Positions 42,710 through 55,337 of a stretch of DNA of 64,000 nt are shown here, piece by piece (position 1 is the first letter of the stretch; each line of letters begins with the position of its first letter). The stretch is from an uncultured Gemmatimonadota bacterium (GTDB lineage Bacteria; JAAXHH01), in contig OX638340.1 of the NCBI GenBank assembly GCA_951812955.1, forward strand, positions 2,528,001 to 2,592,000, given 5' to 3'. The translations under genes and the position numbers were made by a program. The notes under the pieces are model-generated. The model worked only from the letters and a program-made list of their open reading frames with translations, was not told the DNA's origin and searched no databases.

Positions 42710-43921
42710 TTGCGAGCATCCGTGAATCTAGCCGCATACGATTTTAACCTGCCGGAAGACCTGATCGCCCAGCATCCGGCCGAACACCGCGACGCGTCCC
42801 GATTGATGGTGGTGCACAGGCGCGGCGGTATGATCGAACACCGAGCATTCCGGGACATTGTAGAATACCTGGCCCCGGCCGACGCGCTGGTGCTCAACCG
42901 GACGAAAGTGATGCCGGCGAGGCTGCTGGGGACGCGGCCGGAGACCGGCGGAAAGGTCGAAGTCGTGCTGGTCCGCCAGGTCCGCGAGTCCGCGCCCGCC
43001 CTCTGGGAAGCCCTGCTGAAGCCCGGCGCCCGGCTCGCGAGAGGGACGCGCTTGGATCTGGAGGGCGGCGTACTTACTGCCACGGTGGAGGACGACCCCG
43101 GTCCGGACATACGCCATGTTCGATTCGGCGGGAACGAGGACGTTACGCGGGTCATAGAGCAGGTTGGCCGCACGCCGCTGCCCCCCTACATACGCCGTTC
43201 GCCGGACGCGACCGACAGGGATCGGTACCAGACGGTCTACGCGGAGGAATACGGCGCCGTGGCCGCTCCCACGGCCGGGCTGCACTTCACGGCCCCCCTG
43301 CTGGACCGCATCCGGTCGCGGGGAACGGCCGTGGTGCCGATCCTGCTCCACGTCGGGCCGGGTACGTTCCAGCCGATCCGCTCTGCCGCCGTGGAAGACC
43401 ACGAAATGGACGCGGAATACTACCGTATGGAGGCGCACGAAGCGGAAGCGATCCTGAAAAAGCGTGGCGAGGGCCGCGTGGTCGCCGTGGGAACCACGGT
43501 CGTGCGCGCCCTGGAAACGATCGCGGCCGGGTCCTCCGCCGTCGACGCAGGATCCGGGCCCGATAGAGCATCCGCGGACGCAGGATCAGGGCCCGATAGA
43601 GCATCCGCGGCCGGTGGCGCGTCCGAAGGCGGAGGTGGGTTCGGCCCAGGCGGTCCACGCGATCCAGGCGGTCCAGGCGACCCAGGCGGACATGGACTCG
43701 TTCCGCGCCGGTACGAGGGGCGCACCCGGTGTTTCATCTATCCCCCCTACAATTTCCGGCTGGTCGACGCGCTGCTGACTAATTTCCATCTGCCGAAGTC
43801 GACGCTCCTCTTGCTGGTCAGCGCCTTCGCCGGAAGGGAACGGATCCTTTCCGCTTACGAGGAGGCGGTCAGGGAGAAATACCGGTTCTACAGCTATGGC
43901 GACGCCATGCTGATCGTATGA
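42710..43921 (+). CDS. queA: S-adenosylmethionine:tRNA ribosyltransferase-isomerase, with a repeat-encoded low-complexity insertion
   Basis: YDFNLPEDLIAQHP, VLNRTKV, TPLPPYI blocks. A 33-bp tandem repeat at 43545-43610 encodes DAGSGPDRASA x2 within a ~55-aa Gly/Pro-rich insertion. Confidence 0.85.
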   Translation: MRASVNLAAYDFNLPEDLIAQHPAEHRDASRLMVVHRRGGMIEHRAFRDIVEYLAPADALVLNRTKVMPARLLGTRPETGGKVEVVLVRQVRESAPALWEALLKPGARLARGTRLDLEGGVLTATVEDDPGPDIRHVRFGGNEDVTRVIEQVGRTPLPPYIRRSPDATDRDRYQTVYAEEYGAVAAPTAGLHFTAPLLDRIRSRGTAVVPILLHVGPGTFQPIRSAAVEDHEMDAEYYRMEAHEAEAILKKRGEGRVVAVGTTVVRALETIAAGSSAVDAGSGPDRASADAGSGPDRASAAGGASEGGGGFGPGGPRDPGGPGDPGGHGLVPRRYEGRTRCFIYPPYNFRLVDALLTNFHLPKSTLLLLVSAFAGRERILSAYEEAVREKYRFYSYGDAMLIV

Positions 43922-44661
43922 GGAGGACAAAGGCCGTGAAATCCGCTATGGGCATCATCCCCGCGGCCGGTCTCGGCCAGCGTATGCGGTCGGATGAGGA
44001 GAAACCATACATCACGATCGGCGGAAGGTCGATCCTGGCCCACACCCTTTCGGCCTTCGAGGCGTGTCAGGCCGTGGAGGGTTACGTGCTGGTGGTAGAG
44101 CCGTCGCGCGTGCAATTCTGCAAGGCGCAGCTGACCGGGCCGTTCGGGCCGTCCGAGCCGTCCGGTCCGGGTGTTGCATATCCGAAGCTTGCCAAAGTGG
44201 TCGCCGGTGGAAGCACGCGCCAGGAGTCTGTATACCGCGGCCTGATGGCCCTGGACGACGAGACCGGGTACGTGCTGGTCCATGACGCGGCGCGCCCCTG
44301 CGTCGAGCCCGGCGCGCTCGAAGCTTCCGTCCTCGGTTGCGCCAGGCACGGCGCCGTGATCGCGGCCACCCCGTCGACGGATACGATGAAGATCATCCGC
44401 GACGGCGTGGTCGAGGCGACACCGGACCGATCGACGATCTGGCGGGCGCAGACGCCCCAGACGTTCGCGTACGGGATGCTCCGGACGGCACACGAACGGG
44501 CGCGGGAACAGGGATACGTCGGGACCGACGACGCCGAACTGGTGGAACGGGCCGGTTACGTGGTTCGGGTCCTGGAAGGCGCCCCAGACAACATCAAGGT
44601 GACCACGGCCGAGGACCTGGAAACCGCGGAGCGCATCTTGCGGCGGCAGGGGCGGATCTGA
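43918..44661 (+). CDS. ispD: 2-C-methyl-D-erythritol 4-phosphate cytidylyltransferase
   Basis: IIPAAGLGQRM, VAGGSTRQESV, VLVHDAARP motifs. Start overlaps the queA stop. Confidence 0.85.
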   Translation: MRRTKAVKSAMGIIPAAGLGQRMRSDEEKPYITIGGRSILAHTLSAFEACQAVEGYVLVVEPSRVQFCKAQLTGPFGPSEPSGPGVAYPKLAKVVAGGSTRQESVYRGLMALDDETGYVLVHDAARPCVEPGALEASVLGCARHGAVIAATPSTDTMKIIRDGVVEATPDRSTIWRAQTPQTFAYGMLRTAHERAREQGYVGTDDAELVERAGYVVRVLEGAPDNIKVTTAEDLETAERILRRQGRI

Positions 44662-44702
44662 CAGCGGATTAACCTGAGATTACATCATGAGGCTTTCTTG
44701 CC

Positions 44703-45194
44703 ATGGATGACATACGCGTAGGAACCGGCTACGACGTGCACGCCTTCGCGGACGACAGGCCCTGTGTACTGGGCGGCGTGACCGTTCCCCACGAACGCGG
44801 GCTGCAGGGCCACTCGGACGCGGACGTGCTTTCGCACGCCATCGGCGACGCCCTCCTGGGCGCAGCCGCGCTGGGCGATATCGGGATTCACTTCCCCGAT
44901 AACGAGTCCCGTTACCGTGGGATTTCCAGTCTCGTCCTGCTCCAACGGATTGTTGACGCACTGGGCGAATCCGGTTATACTGTATCGAATGTGGACGCCA
45001 CCGTCGTCGCGGAACGTCCGAAACTGTCGCCATTCGTGCCGCTGATGCGCCGCCGGATCGGCAAAGCCCTCGGACTGCCGGAAGACCGCGTGTCGATCAA
45101 GGCCACAACTTCAGAAAGACTCGGATTCACGGGACGGGAAGAAGGCATCGCGGCCCATGCCGTGGTATTGATCCGTTCCGATGGCGGCGGGTGA
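44703..45194 (+). CDS. ispF: 2-C-methyl-D-erythritol 2,4-cyclodiphosphate synthase
   Basis: RVGTGYDVHAF, GHSDADVLSHAIGDALLGA motifs. Confidence 0.9.
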   Translation: MDDIRVGTGYDVHAFADDRPCVLGGVTVPHERGLQGHSDADVLSHAIGDALLGAAALGDIGIHFPDNESRYRGISSLVLLQRIVDALGESGYTVSNVDATVVAERPKLSPFVPLMRRRIGKALGLPEDRVSIKATTSERLGFTGREEGIAAHAVVLIRSDGGG

Positions 45195-45249
45195 GTTACG
45201 TTCCCGCGCGCGCACCGATTCTGCTTATGCGCGTCGTAGTGGGGTATTT

Positions 45250-46053
45250 ATGGGCAAGGTCATTTCGATCGCGAATCAGAAGGGCGGGGTGGGCAAGACG
45301 ACCACGTCCGTCAACCTGTCGGCCTGCCTTGGCGTCGCTGAGAAGAAGACGCTGCTGATCGACCTGGATCCGCAGTCGAACGCCACGTCGGGACTCGGCC
45401 TGCAGGACCGCACGCTGGACGTGACGATATACGAAGTCCTGCTGGACGAACGCAACATCGAGGAAGCCGTTCAGCAGACCGAGATCCCCGCGCTTCACGC
45501 AGTTCCGGCCCATCGGCGGCTGGTGGGCGCCGAAATCGAACTGGTATCGGCCATCGCCCGGGAACGGAAACTGGAAGAGGCAATCAAGCCCATACGCGAC
45601 GAGTACGATTACATCCTGATCGACTGCCCGCCTTCCCTGAGCCTGCTCACCCTGAACGCCCTCACGGCGGCCGACTCGGTGTTGATTCCCATACAGTGCG
45701 AGTATTATGCCCTCGAGGGACTCGGGCAACTGCTCAGTTCGATCCGGAAGATCCAGAAGCATCTGAACCGCAGCCTGAAGATTGAAGGCATCCTCCTGAC
45801 GATGTACGACAAGCGGCTCAATCTCACGAGACAGATCGAGGTGGAAGCCAAACAGTATTTCGCGGACAAAGTCTATCAGACTACCATCCCGAGAAACGTT
45901 CGTCTGAGCGAAGCGCCGAGCTTCGGCAGTCCGATCATACTGTATGATATTCTCTCGTCGGGAGCGGAAAGCTATATGAATCTAGCCAGAGAGGTAATTG
46001 CCAATGGCAGCCAGGAAAGTGCTGGGACGGGGGCTCGAAGCGCTGATTCCTGA
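45250..46053 (+). CDS. parA: chromosome partitioning ATPase ParA/Soj
   Basis: Deviant Walker A IANQKGGVGKTTTSVNL. Start at MGKVISI. Confidence 0.9.
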   Translation: MGKVISIANQKGGVGKTTTSVNLSACLGVAEKKTLLIDLDPQSNATSGLGLQDRTLDVTIYEVLLDERNIEEAVQQTEIPALHAVPAHRRLVGAEIELVSAIARERKLEEAIKPIRDEYDYILIDCPPSLSLLTLNALTAADSVLIPIQCEYYALEGLGQLLSSIRKIQKHLNRSLKIEGILLTMYDKRLNLTRQIEVEAKQYFADKVYQTTIPRNVRLSEAPSFGSPIILYDILSSGAESYMNLAREVIANGSQESAGTGARSADS

Positions 46054-46864
46054 TCTTCCGGAAGATCAGGAAGACCGGCAAAGCGTGCTCCAGGTGCCGA
46101 TAGACCGGATTTCGGCCAATCCCTACCAACCACGGCAGTCGTTCGACCAGGCCAGGCTCGATGAACTGGCCCGGTCCATCCTCGAAAAGGGCGTTATTCA
46201 GCCGATCGCCGTCCGAAGGAAAAACGAAAAGGATGAATACGAACTGATCGCCGGGGAGCGAAGGCTCCGGGCCGCCCGTCAAACAGGCTACCAGACCATA
46301 CCGGCCATCGTCATGGCGGTTTCATCCCCCGAAGAAATGATGGAACTGTCGCTGATCGAGAACATCCAGCGGGACGATCTGAATCCGATCCACGAAGCCC
46401 GTGCATACCTTCGGTTGCAGGAAGAATGCCACCTCACGCAGGAAGAGGTCGCAACCCGCGTGGGAAAAAACAGGACGACGGTAGCCAACACGCTCCGGCT
46501 GTTGAAACTGCCGGCCGAAGTCCAGAAGTGCCTCCTGGCAGATGAGATCACCATGGGCCACGCGCGAGCGCTGCTCGGACTCGAAAACCGCGCGGAACAG
46601 GCCGATTTGTCCAAACAGATCGTAAAGAAGGGCCTGTCGGTGCGCAAAGTGGAAGAACTCGTGAAGAAACGCTACCAGGAGAAGCGGGAAAGCGCGCCGG
46701 CACACAAGCCTCACGACCTCTCGGCCGCCGAGACCATCATGCAGCGCATACTGGGAACGAAGGTGAACATCAACCGCAGGCAGCACAAGGGGAAGATCGA
46801 AATCGAGTTCTATTCCACCGATGACCTGAACCGCATCCTCGAACTGCTGAAAGTCCGGCTGTGA
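46004..46864 (+). CDS. parB: chromosome partitioning protein ParB/Spo0J
   Basis: GRGLEALIP box, ParB box II GERRLRAA, HTH TQEEVATRVGKNRTTVAN. Confidence 0.9.
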   Translation: MAARKVLGRGLEALIPDLPEDQEDRQSVLQVPIDRISANPYQPRQSFDQARLDELARSILEKGVIQPIAVRRKNEKDEYELIAGERRLRAARQTGYQTIPAIVMAVSSPEEMMELSLIENIQRDDLNPIHEARAYLRLQEECHLTQEEVATRVGKNRTTVANTLRLLKLPAEVQKCLLADEITMGHARALLGLENRAEQADLSKQIVKKGLSVRKVEELVKKRYQEKRESAPAHKPHDLSAAETIMQRILGTKVNINRRQHKGKIEIEFYSTDDLNRILELLKVRL

Positions 46865-46985
46865 AGCCCGCCGAACCCCGTACACGTCCCTCGCCCGTCC
46901 AACCCCCGTTATTTTAACCGATATCCTTTGACATTTCGGCCCGGCGGCCTATATTTATGCCGTCGCGCCGATTCCGTCACGAGAC

Positions 46986-47891
46986 GTGACGGAACAAGGA
47001 CGGATGTACGAATCCGGGGTGGTATCGGTCATGCCCAGAATGCACTGGATGTCACTGGTTTTCGTCTCTGACCGATCGGGCCGGGCGCACGAGTTGCGCA
47101 TGCCGAGGTTCCTGTTTGTCGCACTCGTCTCGATGTTGGGACTCGGCTTGCTCGCGCCGGTGGTTGCCCTGGTCCTCCCGGCGGGTATAGCCGAGGTTTC
47201 TTTCGGCCAAACCTGGAAAACACAGATAAAGTCGGTAGAGGAAAAGTCCATGGAGCTGACCCGGCAACTGGAGGAACTGAAGGACACCGCCAGGTCGATA
47301 CGCAGGCTGGCGGGCGTCGAGCGGTTCGATTCCGAATCCCCGGTACGCGTGGACGATGAAAACGGCCTCCTGTCCGCCAACCGGGACGGGTTGCCTTTTC
47401 TGACGGACGACGGCCTTCCGGCGAGGGTGGAAGCCGCCGCCGGGGAAAGCGCGGCGCTGTTACGATACGTGCCGTCCATATGGCCGGTCGCCGGCTGGGT
47501 GACGCGGGAGTACGAACATGGGGACGATCCCATCACCGGGACTCATTTCGGCCTGGACGTCGCCGCCCGTGAAAGCGCGCCGGTCAGGTCCGCCGCCGAT
47601 GGGACCGTGACCTTCGCGGACTGGGATCAGAACCTGGGCTGGCTGGTCGAGATAGACCACGGATACGATATGTCGACGCGTTACGGTCACAACGCCATGC
47701 TGCGGGTCGACCGCGGACAGACGGTCCGTCGCGGGCAGATCGTCGCCCTGGTCGGGAATACGGGCCGCAGCACGGCGCCGCATCTGCATTACGAGGTCTG
47801 GAAAGACGGCGTCCCCGTCGATCCTCGCGGCTACCTGCCCGAGGTCATCCACTGGGATGATCTGCTGTTGAGCCTGCGAACGCAGCGCTGA
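46986..47891 (+). CDS. M23 family metallopeptidase (LytM/EnvC-like) with coiled-coil N-terminal region
   Basis: HxxxD ...GTHFGLDVAA..., HLH in GRSTAPHLHYEV. M23 catalytic motifs. Confidence 0.85.
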   Translation: MTEQGRMYESGVVSVMPRMHWMSLVFVSDRSGRAHELRMPRFLFVALVSMLGLGLLAPVVALVLPAGIAEVSFGQTWKTQIKSVEEKSMELTRQLEELKDTARSIRRLAGVERFDSESPVRVDDENGLLSANRDGLPFLTDDGLPARVEAAAGESAALLRYVPSIWPVAGWVTREYEHGDDPITGTHFGLDVAARESAPVRSAADGTVTFADWDQNLGWLVEIDHGYDMSTRYGHNAMLRVDRGQTVRRGQIVALVGNTGRSTAPHLHYEVWKDGVPVDPRGYLPEVIHWDDLLLSLRTQR

Positions 47892-47892
47892 C

Positions 47893-48300
47893 ATGTTCGG
47901 ATCATCAGGTGCAGGACGTTTTCGGGAGCTCGGTATGACGATCATCGCCAAGGGCACTGAACTGAACGGATCGGTGGACGTTGAAGGCAATATCCGGGTA
48001 GACGGCACCGTGAACGGCGATGTCAAAGCCACCGACGGTGTAGAGGTCGGAAAGTCCGGCCGGATCGTAGGGTCGTCCATTGAGTCCAAGACGGCGGTCA
48101 TTCATGGTTACGTGGAGAGTCAGCTTATTGTATCGCAACACGTACTCCTGGGCGGCAAATCCATTCTGGTCGGTGACTTGAAGACCAAGTCCCTCGTCAT
48201 CGAAGAAGGGGCTGTCTTCCACGGGAATTCGTCCATGTCCGAAGAATACGCCGGAACGGACCGTGTGATGGGCGGAGACGACCGTACGGATGGGGCTTAA
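47893..48300 (+). CDS. bactofilin family cytoskeletal protein
   Basis: DUF583-like beta-helical repeats (IEGNIRVDGTVNGDVKA.., GKSGRIVGSSIESKTAVIHGYVES). Possible start at internal Met 47935. Confidence 0.75.
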   Translation: MFGSSGAGRFRELGMTIIAKGTELNGSVDVEGNIRVDGTVNGDVKATDGVEVGKSGRIVGSSIESKTAVIHGYVESQLIVSQHVLLGGKSILVGDLKTKSLVIEEGAVFHGNSSMSEEYAGTDRVMGGDDRTDGA

Positions 48301-48339
48301 AACCCGAACGAGCGTTGATTGAGCGTTGACTGATGGTAT

Positions 48340-48609
48340 ATGGCACGGGATACGCAGGGCAAATGGCAGTACATGAGGGAAGCCGGAGAGCTTGCCGTAA
48401 TCGGCCTGACCCTGGTTTTCGCCACGGCGATAGGATACTTTCTGGGTCACCAAGTCGAACTGGCCTGGCCTGAGTGGAATCCCTGGGGCGGCGTCGTCGG
48501 CGCCATGCTCGGCGTCGTGGCCGGGTTCCTGGAAATGGCGAGGACGCTGAAACGTCTGAACAGAAAGCTGGAAGCGGCGGAGCGGGAGAGCAATGGCACA
48601 AAGCACTGA
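48340..48609 (+). CDS. AtpZ/AtpI-family small membrane protein preceding the ATP synthase operon
   Basis: Two TM helices. The position and size are typical of AtpZ. Confidence 0.5.
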   Translation: MARDTQGKWQYMREAGELAVIGLTLVFATAIGYFLGHQVELAWPEWNPWGGVVGAMLGVVAGFLEMARTLKRLNRKLEAAERESNGTKH

Positions 48610-49126
48610 GCGTGACGGCGAAACATTGATCGGCGGCATGTCGACGGCCGGAACGGCGACGGACGCGGAATCTCCGTCCGGAAACAACGATGAACCGTTG
48701 CGGCGGTTCCTGCCCCGAGTCTACCGGATAAGCGCCGTGCTGACCGTGGTCGGCACCATCGCGTCGCGCGTAGCGGGCGCGGACCTGCTTGCCGTCAATT
48801 TCTTCACCGGATCGTTTATCGGACTGTTGCTGCTGTATGTCACGGCCTGGCTGGTCCGCCGTTACATGACGCCCGTCGCGCACATCAAGCGGAACCGCAA
48901 CCGGTTGTTCCTGCTTCTGATGGCCAAGCTGCCGCTGCTGGGAATCGTGTTGTATTTCGTGACTTCGGGGGACTGGTTCCACCCGATCGGGTTTTTGATG
49001 GGTGTGTCCTTGACGCCATTCACGCTGACCCTGTGCGGATTGATCCTGCTCACGAGGCAGGGCTCGGGGGATGGGCGGCCCGACTGGACCGCCGTACTGG
49101 ACAAGACGAAGCGGTCGTACCGGTAA
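48593..49126 (+). CDS. ATP synthase protein I-like membrane protein
   Basis: Four predicted TM helices. Located directly upstream of atpB. Confidence 0.45.
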   Translation: MAQSTERDGETLIGGMSTAGTATDAESPSGNNDEPLRRFLPRVYRISAVLTVVGTIASRVAGADLLAVNFFTGSFIGLLLLYVTAWLVRRYMTPVAHIKRNRNRLFLLLMAKLPLLGIVLYFVTSGDWFHPIGFLMGVSLTPFTLTLCGLILLTRQGSGDGRPDWTAVLDKTKRSYR

Positions 49127-49138
49127 GGAGGTTTTCCT

Positions 49139-49951
49139 TTGACTACTCCGTGGTCGAGTGTCCTCTCTCTGAAGATGGCGTCGGAGGGAGGAAGCGGTGA
49201 AGCGCACTACTCGATACTACATGGGTTGTTTCTATTGCTGGGCCCGCTGGCCGAATGGATTCCCAGGCCGGTCAGGCAGCCGGATCTCCTGCTGAACACC
49301 CTGCTCGTCTTCGTAATCGTCCTCGTTCTCGTAACCATCGCGGTAAGAACGCTCAAGCGTATTCCCGAAGGCTCGATCCAGGCCCTTTTCGAAATGGCCG
49401 TCGAAGGGCTGACCGATTTCTTCCTCAATATCGTAGGGGAGCGCGGCAGGAAGTACATTCCCTTTTTCGCCTCCTTTTTCATCTACATCTGGTTCATGAA
49501 CATGCTGGGCGTCATACCCGGCATGCAGTCGCCCACCGCCGATCTGAACACCACGCTCGGATTCGCCCTCATCTCCGTCGTCGCGGCCCATCTCATCGGC
49601 CTGCGCGAGATAGGGATCAAGGCCTATCTCTGGCATTTCTGGGGTGAGCCCAGGTGGATGGGCGTGCTCATGTGCCCGCTCCATATAATCGGCGAGTTCG
49701 CCAAGGTCGTCTCGCTTTCGATACGGCTTTTCGGGAATGTGTTCGGGGAGGAAATGATCCTCCTCGTGCTGGCCGGCCTGTCCCCGGTGCTGCTTTTAGG
49801 CGCCCTGGAAGTGCCCTTCGTGCCGCTGCAGGTCCCGATGTTGATGTTCGCGGTGTTTTCCGGGACGATTCAGGCGATGATCTTCTCGGTGCTCAGCGCC
49901 GTGTACGTAGCCCAGTTCCTGGATCATGGTCACGGGGAAGAAGACCACTGA
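49139..49951 (+). CDS. atpB: F0F1 ATP synthase subunit a
   Basis: Conserved SLSIRLFGNVFGEE block with the essential Arg. 5-6 TM helices. Confidence 0.9.
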   Translation: MTTPWSSVLSLKMASEGGSGEAHYSILHGLFLLLGPLAEWIPRPVRQPDLLLNTLLVFVIVLVLVTIAVRTLKRIPEGSIQALFEMAVEGLTDFFLNIVGERGRKYIPFFASFFIYIWFMNMLGVIPGMQSPTADLNTTLGFALISVVAAHLIGLREIGIKAYLWHFWGEPRWMGVLMCPLHIIGEFAKVVSLSIRLFGNVFGEEMILLVLAGLSPVLLLGALEVPFVPLQVPMLMFAVFSGTIQAMIFSVLSAVYVAQFLDHGHGEEDH

Positions 49952-49975
49952 CGTGCTGTAGGTGCGTATGCTGTG

Positions 49976-50019
49976 TAACGAGTTCAGAATGTTTCAAAAC
50001 GAGTTCAGAATGTTTCAAT
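49976..50019. repeat. perfect 21-bp direct repeat (aacgagttcagaatgtttcaa x2, 2-nt spacer) in the AT-rich atpB-atpE spacer
   Basis: Seen directly at 49976-49996 and 49999-50019. About 60 nt upstream of the atpE start. Confidence 0.85.
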
Positions 50020-50073
50020 ATGACGTTATGATGCTGCTGTAATTCGTTCTCCATTCCGAAAGGAGTTTGCTTC

Positions 50074-50346
50074 ATGCTGTACTATATGGGTTTGGGACTA
50101 GGCGTGGCCCTTGCTGTTTCCGTCGCCGCCATCGGCGCCGGCGTTGGACAGGGTATCGCCACCGGTCTGGCCTGCCAGGGCATTTCCCGTCAGCCCGAAG
50201 CCGCCGGCCGCATTCAGCTGGTGATGATCATCGGCCTGGCGTTCATGGAATCGCTGGCTATCTACGGCCTGCTGGTTTTCTTCATGCTCCAGGGCCGGTT
50301 GCCTTCATTCGAGCAGGTCATGCAACTGACTCAGGTCGGACAGTAG
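50074..50346 (+). CDS. atpE: F0F1 ATP synthase subunit c
   Basis: Hairpin with GxGxGxG helix 1, loop RQPEA, and ion-binding Glu in [11 protein letters not shown]. Confidence 0.9.
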   Translation: MLYYMGLGLGVALAVSVAAIGAGVGQGIATGLACQGISRQPEAAGRIQLVMIIGLAFMESLAIYGLLVFFMLQGRLPSFEQVMQLTQVGQ

Positions 50347-50421
50347 GATGCAAACGGACTGCATGGCTTGCGGCGCGCGTCCATCCGGCGCGTGTTGCCG
50401 GCGTTCGAAGGAGCATAGCGC

Positions 50422-50931
50422 GTGTTAGATATCTTGCACGATCTTGGCATTGACCTGAGCACCCTGATCATCCAGATGATCGGGTTCGCCATCCTGTTCT
50501 TCGTCCTGAAGAAGTACGTTTTCGGCATGATCGCCCAGGCCATCGAGGACAGGAAACGGGATATCCGCGACCGCATGGCCGGACTGGACGCGGACCGGGC
50601 GGAACTGGACCGTCTCCACGATGAAGCCAGGCGGCGGCTCGAGGAAATAGAGGCCGAGGCCCGTGAGAAGGTGCAGGCCGCGGTCGACCAGGCCAACGCG
50701 GAGCGCGGCCGGATCCTCGAGCTGACCCAGCAGGACACGGAACGCGAACTGGAGAAGGCGCGCAACACCATCCGGCGCGAGAAGGAACACGCGGTGGCCG
50801 AACTGCGCGCGCAGGTGGGCGACCTGGCGGTGGAGATCGCGGGCAAAGTCCTGAACAGCACACTGGACGCGGCGGAACATCGTAAGGTCGTGGACGAATT
50901 CATCGCACAGATACCCTCTGCGAAGGAATAG
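50422..50931 (+). CDS. atpF: F0F1 ATP synthase subunit b
   Basis: Single N-terminal TM followed by a long charged coiled coil. Confidence 0.85.
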   Translation: MLDILHDLGIDLSTLIIQMIGFAILFFVLKKYVFGMIAQAIEDRKRDIRDRMAGLDADRAELDRLHDEARRRLEEIEAEAREKVQAAVDQANAERGRILELTQQDTERELEKARNTIRREKEHAVAELRAQVGDLAVEIAGKVLNSTLDAAEHRKVVDEFIAQIPSAKE

Positions 50932-50940
50932 CGGGGAACC

Positions 50941-51480
50941 ATGGCCAGTATGAAAGACATCGCACACAGGTATGCCGGGGCGTGGCTGGAAGCCGCGGCG
51001 GAAAGGGAATTGCTGGAACCGGTCCGCGGCGAAATCGCGGCGTTCGAGCAGCTGTGCCGGGATTCCGAACCCTTTGTGGAATTCATCACGGACAAGGTCA
51101 TACCGGCTGACGTAAAGCAGCGCATTCTGGGCGAATTGTTCGAAGGCAAAGTCCAGGACATCACCCTCAATTTCCTATACCTGCTGGCTACCAGGCGGCG
51201 GGCACGCCTCATGCCGGAGATCCTGGAATCGTGTCGGGAGATCCTGGATGAGTGGGACGGAATCGTAAACGCGGACGTCTCGAGCGCGGTATCGCTTTCA
51301 GAGACGCAGGAGAGCGGCCTGAGGTCGAGCCTTGAAGCGCTTACGGGCAAGCGGATACGGATGAAGACTGGCGTGAACCCGGAACTGATCGGCGGTTTCG
51401 TGGTCCGCGTGGGCGACCAGGTCTTTGACAGCAGCCTGGCCACCCAGCTCCAGCGGGTTCGCCAGTCGCTTGCTTCATAA
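50941..51480 (+). CDS. atpH: F0F1 ATP synthase subunit delta
   Basis: OSCP/delta family conservation. Operon position. Confidence 0.85.
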   Translation: MASMKDIAHRYAGAWLEAAAERELLEPVRGEIAAFEQLCRDSEPFVEFITDKVIPADVKQRILGELFEGKVQDITLNFLYLLATRRRARLMPEILESCREILDEWDGIVNADVSSAVSLSETQESGLRSSLEALTGKRIRMKTGVNPELIGGFVVRVGDQVFDSSLATQLQRVRQSLAS

Positions 51481-51489
51481 TGAGCATCG

Positions 51490-53034
51490 ATGGAGAAGAC
51501 AATGGCGTTTGATGAAATAGCAATTCGTGCGGACGAGGTCTCCGAACTCCTGAAGCAGCAGGTCCTGGACTTCAAGAGAGAGGTCGACATCTACGAAACG
51601 GGTACCGTGCTCCAGGTGGGCGACGGGATCGCCCGGGTGCAGGGCCTTTCCAACGTGATGGCGAACGAGCTCGTCGAGTTTCCCAATGACGTGGTGGGCA
51701 TGGTGCTCAACCTGGAAGAAGACAACGTCGGATGCATTCTCTTCGGGGACGACCAGTTGATCAAGGAAGGCGATCAGGTCAAACGGACGCAGCGGATCGT
51801 CGAGTGCGCCGTGGGCGACGGCATGCTGGGCCGCGTGGTGGACTCCCTGGGCCGGCCTATCGACGGCAAGGGGTCCGTCATCGGAACGGAGTCGCGCCCG
51901 ATTGAGACGAAGGCGCCCGGCGTGGTGCAGCGACAGCCCGTAAATGAACCCATGTATACCGGTCTCAAGGTGATCGACAGCATGTTCCCCATCGGAAGGG
52001 GACAGCGCGAGCTGATCATCGGCGACCGGCAGACCGGTAAGACGGCCGTGGCCCTGGACGCGATCATCAACCAGAAGGGCCAGGACGTGGCCTGCATCTA
52101 CGTGGCCATCGGACAGAAGGGTTCGACGATCGCCAAGACGGTCGCGATTTTGGAAGAACACGGCGCCATGGAATACACCACGGTGGTCGTGGCCGCGGCC
52201 AGCGCGCCGGCGCCCATGCAGTTCCTGGCCCCTTACGGCGGGGCGACTATGGGTGAATTCTACCGCGACAATGGCAAGCACGCCCTGGTCATCTACGACG
52301 ACCTGACCAAGCACGCGGTGGCCTACCGTCAGTTGTCGCTGAACCTGCGGCGTCCGCCCGGCCGCGAGGCCTACCCCGGGGACGTGTTCTACCTGCATTC
52401 CCGGCTCCTGGAACGTGCAGCCAAGATGAGCGACGAATACGGCGCCGGCTCGCTGACCGCGCTGCCTGTCATCGAAACCCAGTTCGGCGACGTGTCTACG
52501 TACATCCCGACCAACGTGATATCCATCACCGACGGCCAGATCTACCTGGAGTCCAACCTGTTCTTCGCGGGACAGCGGCCGGCCGTCAACGTGGGCCTGT
52601 CGGTATCCCGCGTGGGTGGCGCCGCGCAGATCAAGGCGATGAAGTCGCGCCAGGTGGCCGGTCTGCTCAGAACGTCGCTCGCCCGCTACCGGGAGCTGGA
52701 AGCCTTTGCCCGGTTCGGCACTTCGGGCCTGGACCAGACCACGCAGCGGGAACTTCACTTGGGCGAAAGGCTGGTCGAACTGATCAAGCAGCCGCAGTAC
52801 CGGCCCATGGCGGTCGAAGAGCAGATCATTTCGCTGTATGTGGGCGTCAACGGCATGTTGAACGACCTGTCCGTGGACCAGGTGCAGCCCTTCGTGGCGG
52901 CCTTTCTCCAACACATGGAGACACATCATTCGGACGTGGGCCGTGAAATCAGGGAAACCGAACAGTTGTCCGAGGATGCGGAACAGCATATCCGGGACGC
53001 GGCCAAGGAATTCAGCAAGACGTTCAACGGTTAG
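51490..53034 (+). CDS. atpA: F0F1 ATP synthase subunit alpha
   Basis: P-loop GDRQTGKT. Full-length alpha conservation. Confidence 0.95.
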   Translation: MEKTMAFDEIAIRADEVSELLKQQVLDFKREVDIYETGTVLQVGDGIARVQGLSNVMANELVEFPNDVVGMVLNLEEDNVGCILFGDDQLIKEGDQVKRTQRIVECAVGDGMLGRVVDSLGRPIDGKGSVIGTESRPIETKAPGVVQRQPVNEPMYTGLKVIDSMFPIGRGQRELIIGDRQTGKTAVALDAIINQKGQDVACIYVAIGQKGSTIAKTVAILEEHGAMEYTTVVVAAASAPAPMQFLAPYGGATMGEFYRDNGKHALVIYDDLTKHAVAYRQLSLNLRRPPGREAYPGDVFYLHSRLLERAAKMSDEYGAGSLTALPVIETQFGDVSTYIPTNVISITDGQIYLESNLFFAGQRPAVNVGLSVSRVGGAAQIKAMKSRQVAGLLRTSLARYRELEAFARFGTSGLDQTTQRELHLGERLVELIKQPQYRPMAVEEQIISLYVGVNGMLNDLSVDQVQPFVAAFLQHMETHHSDVGREIRETEQLSEDAEQHIRDAAKEFSKTFNG

Positions 53035-53044
53035 AAAGGGTACC

Positions 53045-55334
<2,290 letters not shown>

Positions 55335-55337
55335 ATC

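Noticed and set aside
45181-45249. Upstream extension of parA (MAAGELRSRARTDSAYARRSGVF)
   Set aside because: It overlaps the ispF 3' end. ParA family proteins start immediately before the deviant Walker A, so MGKVISIANQKGG is the plausible start.
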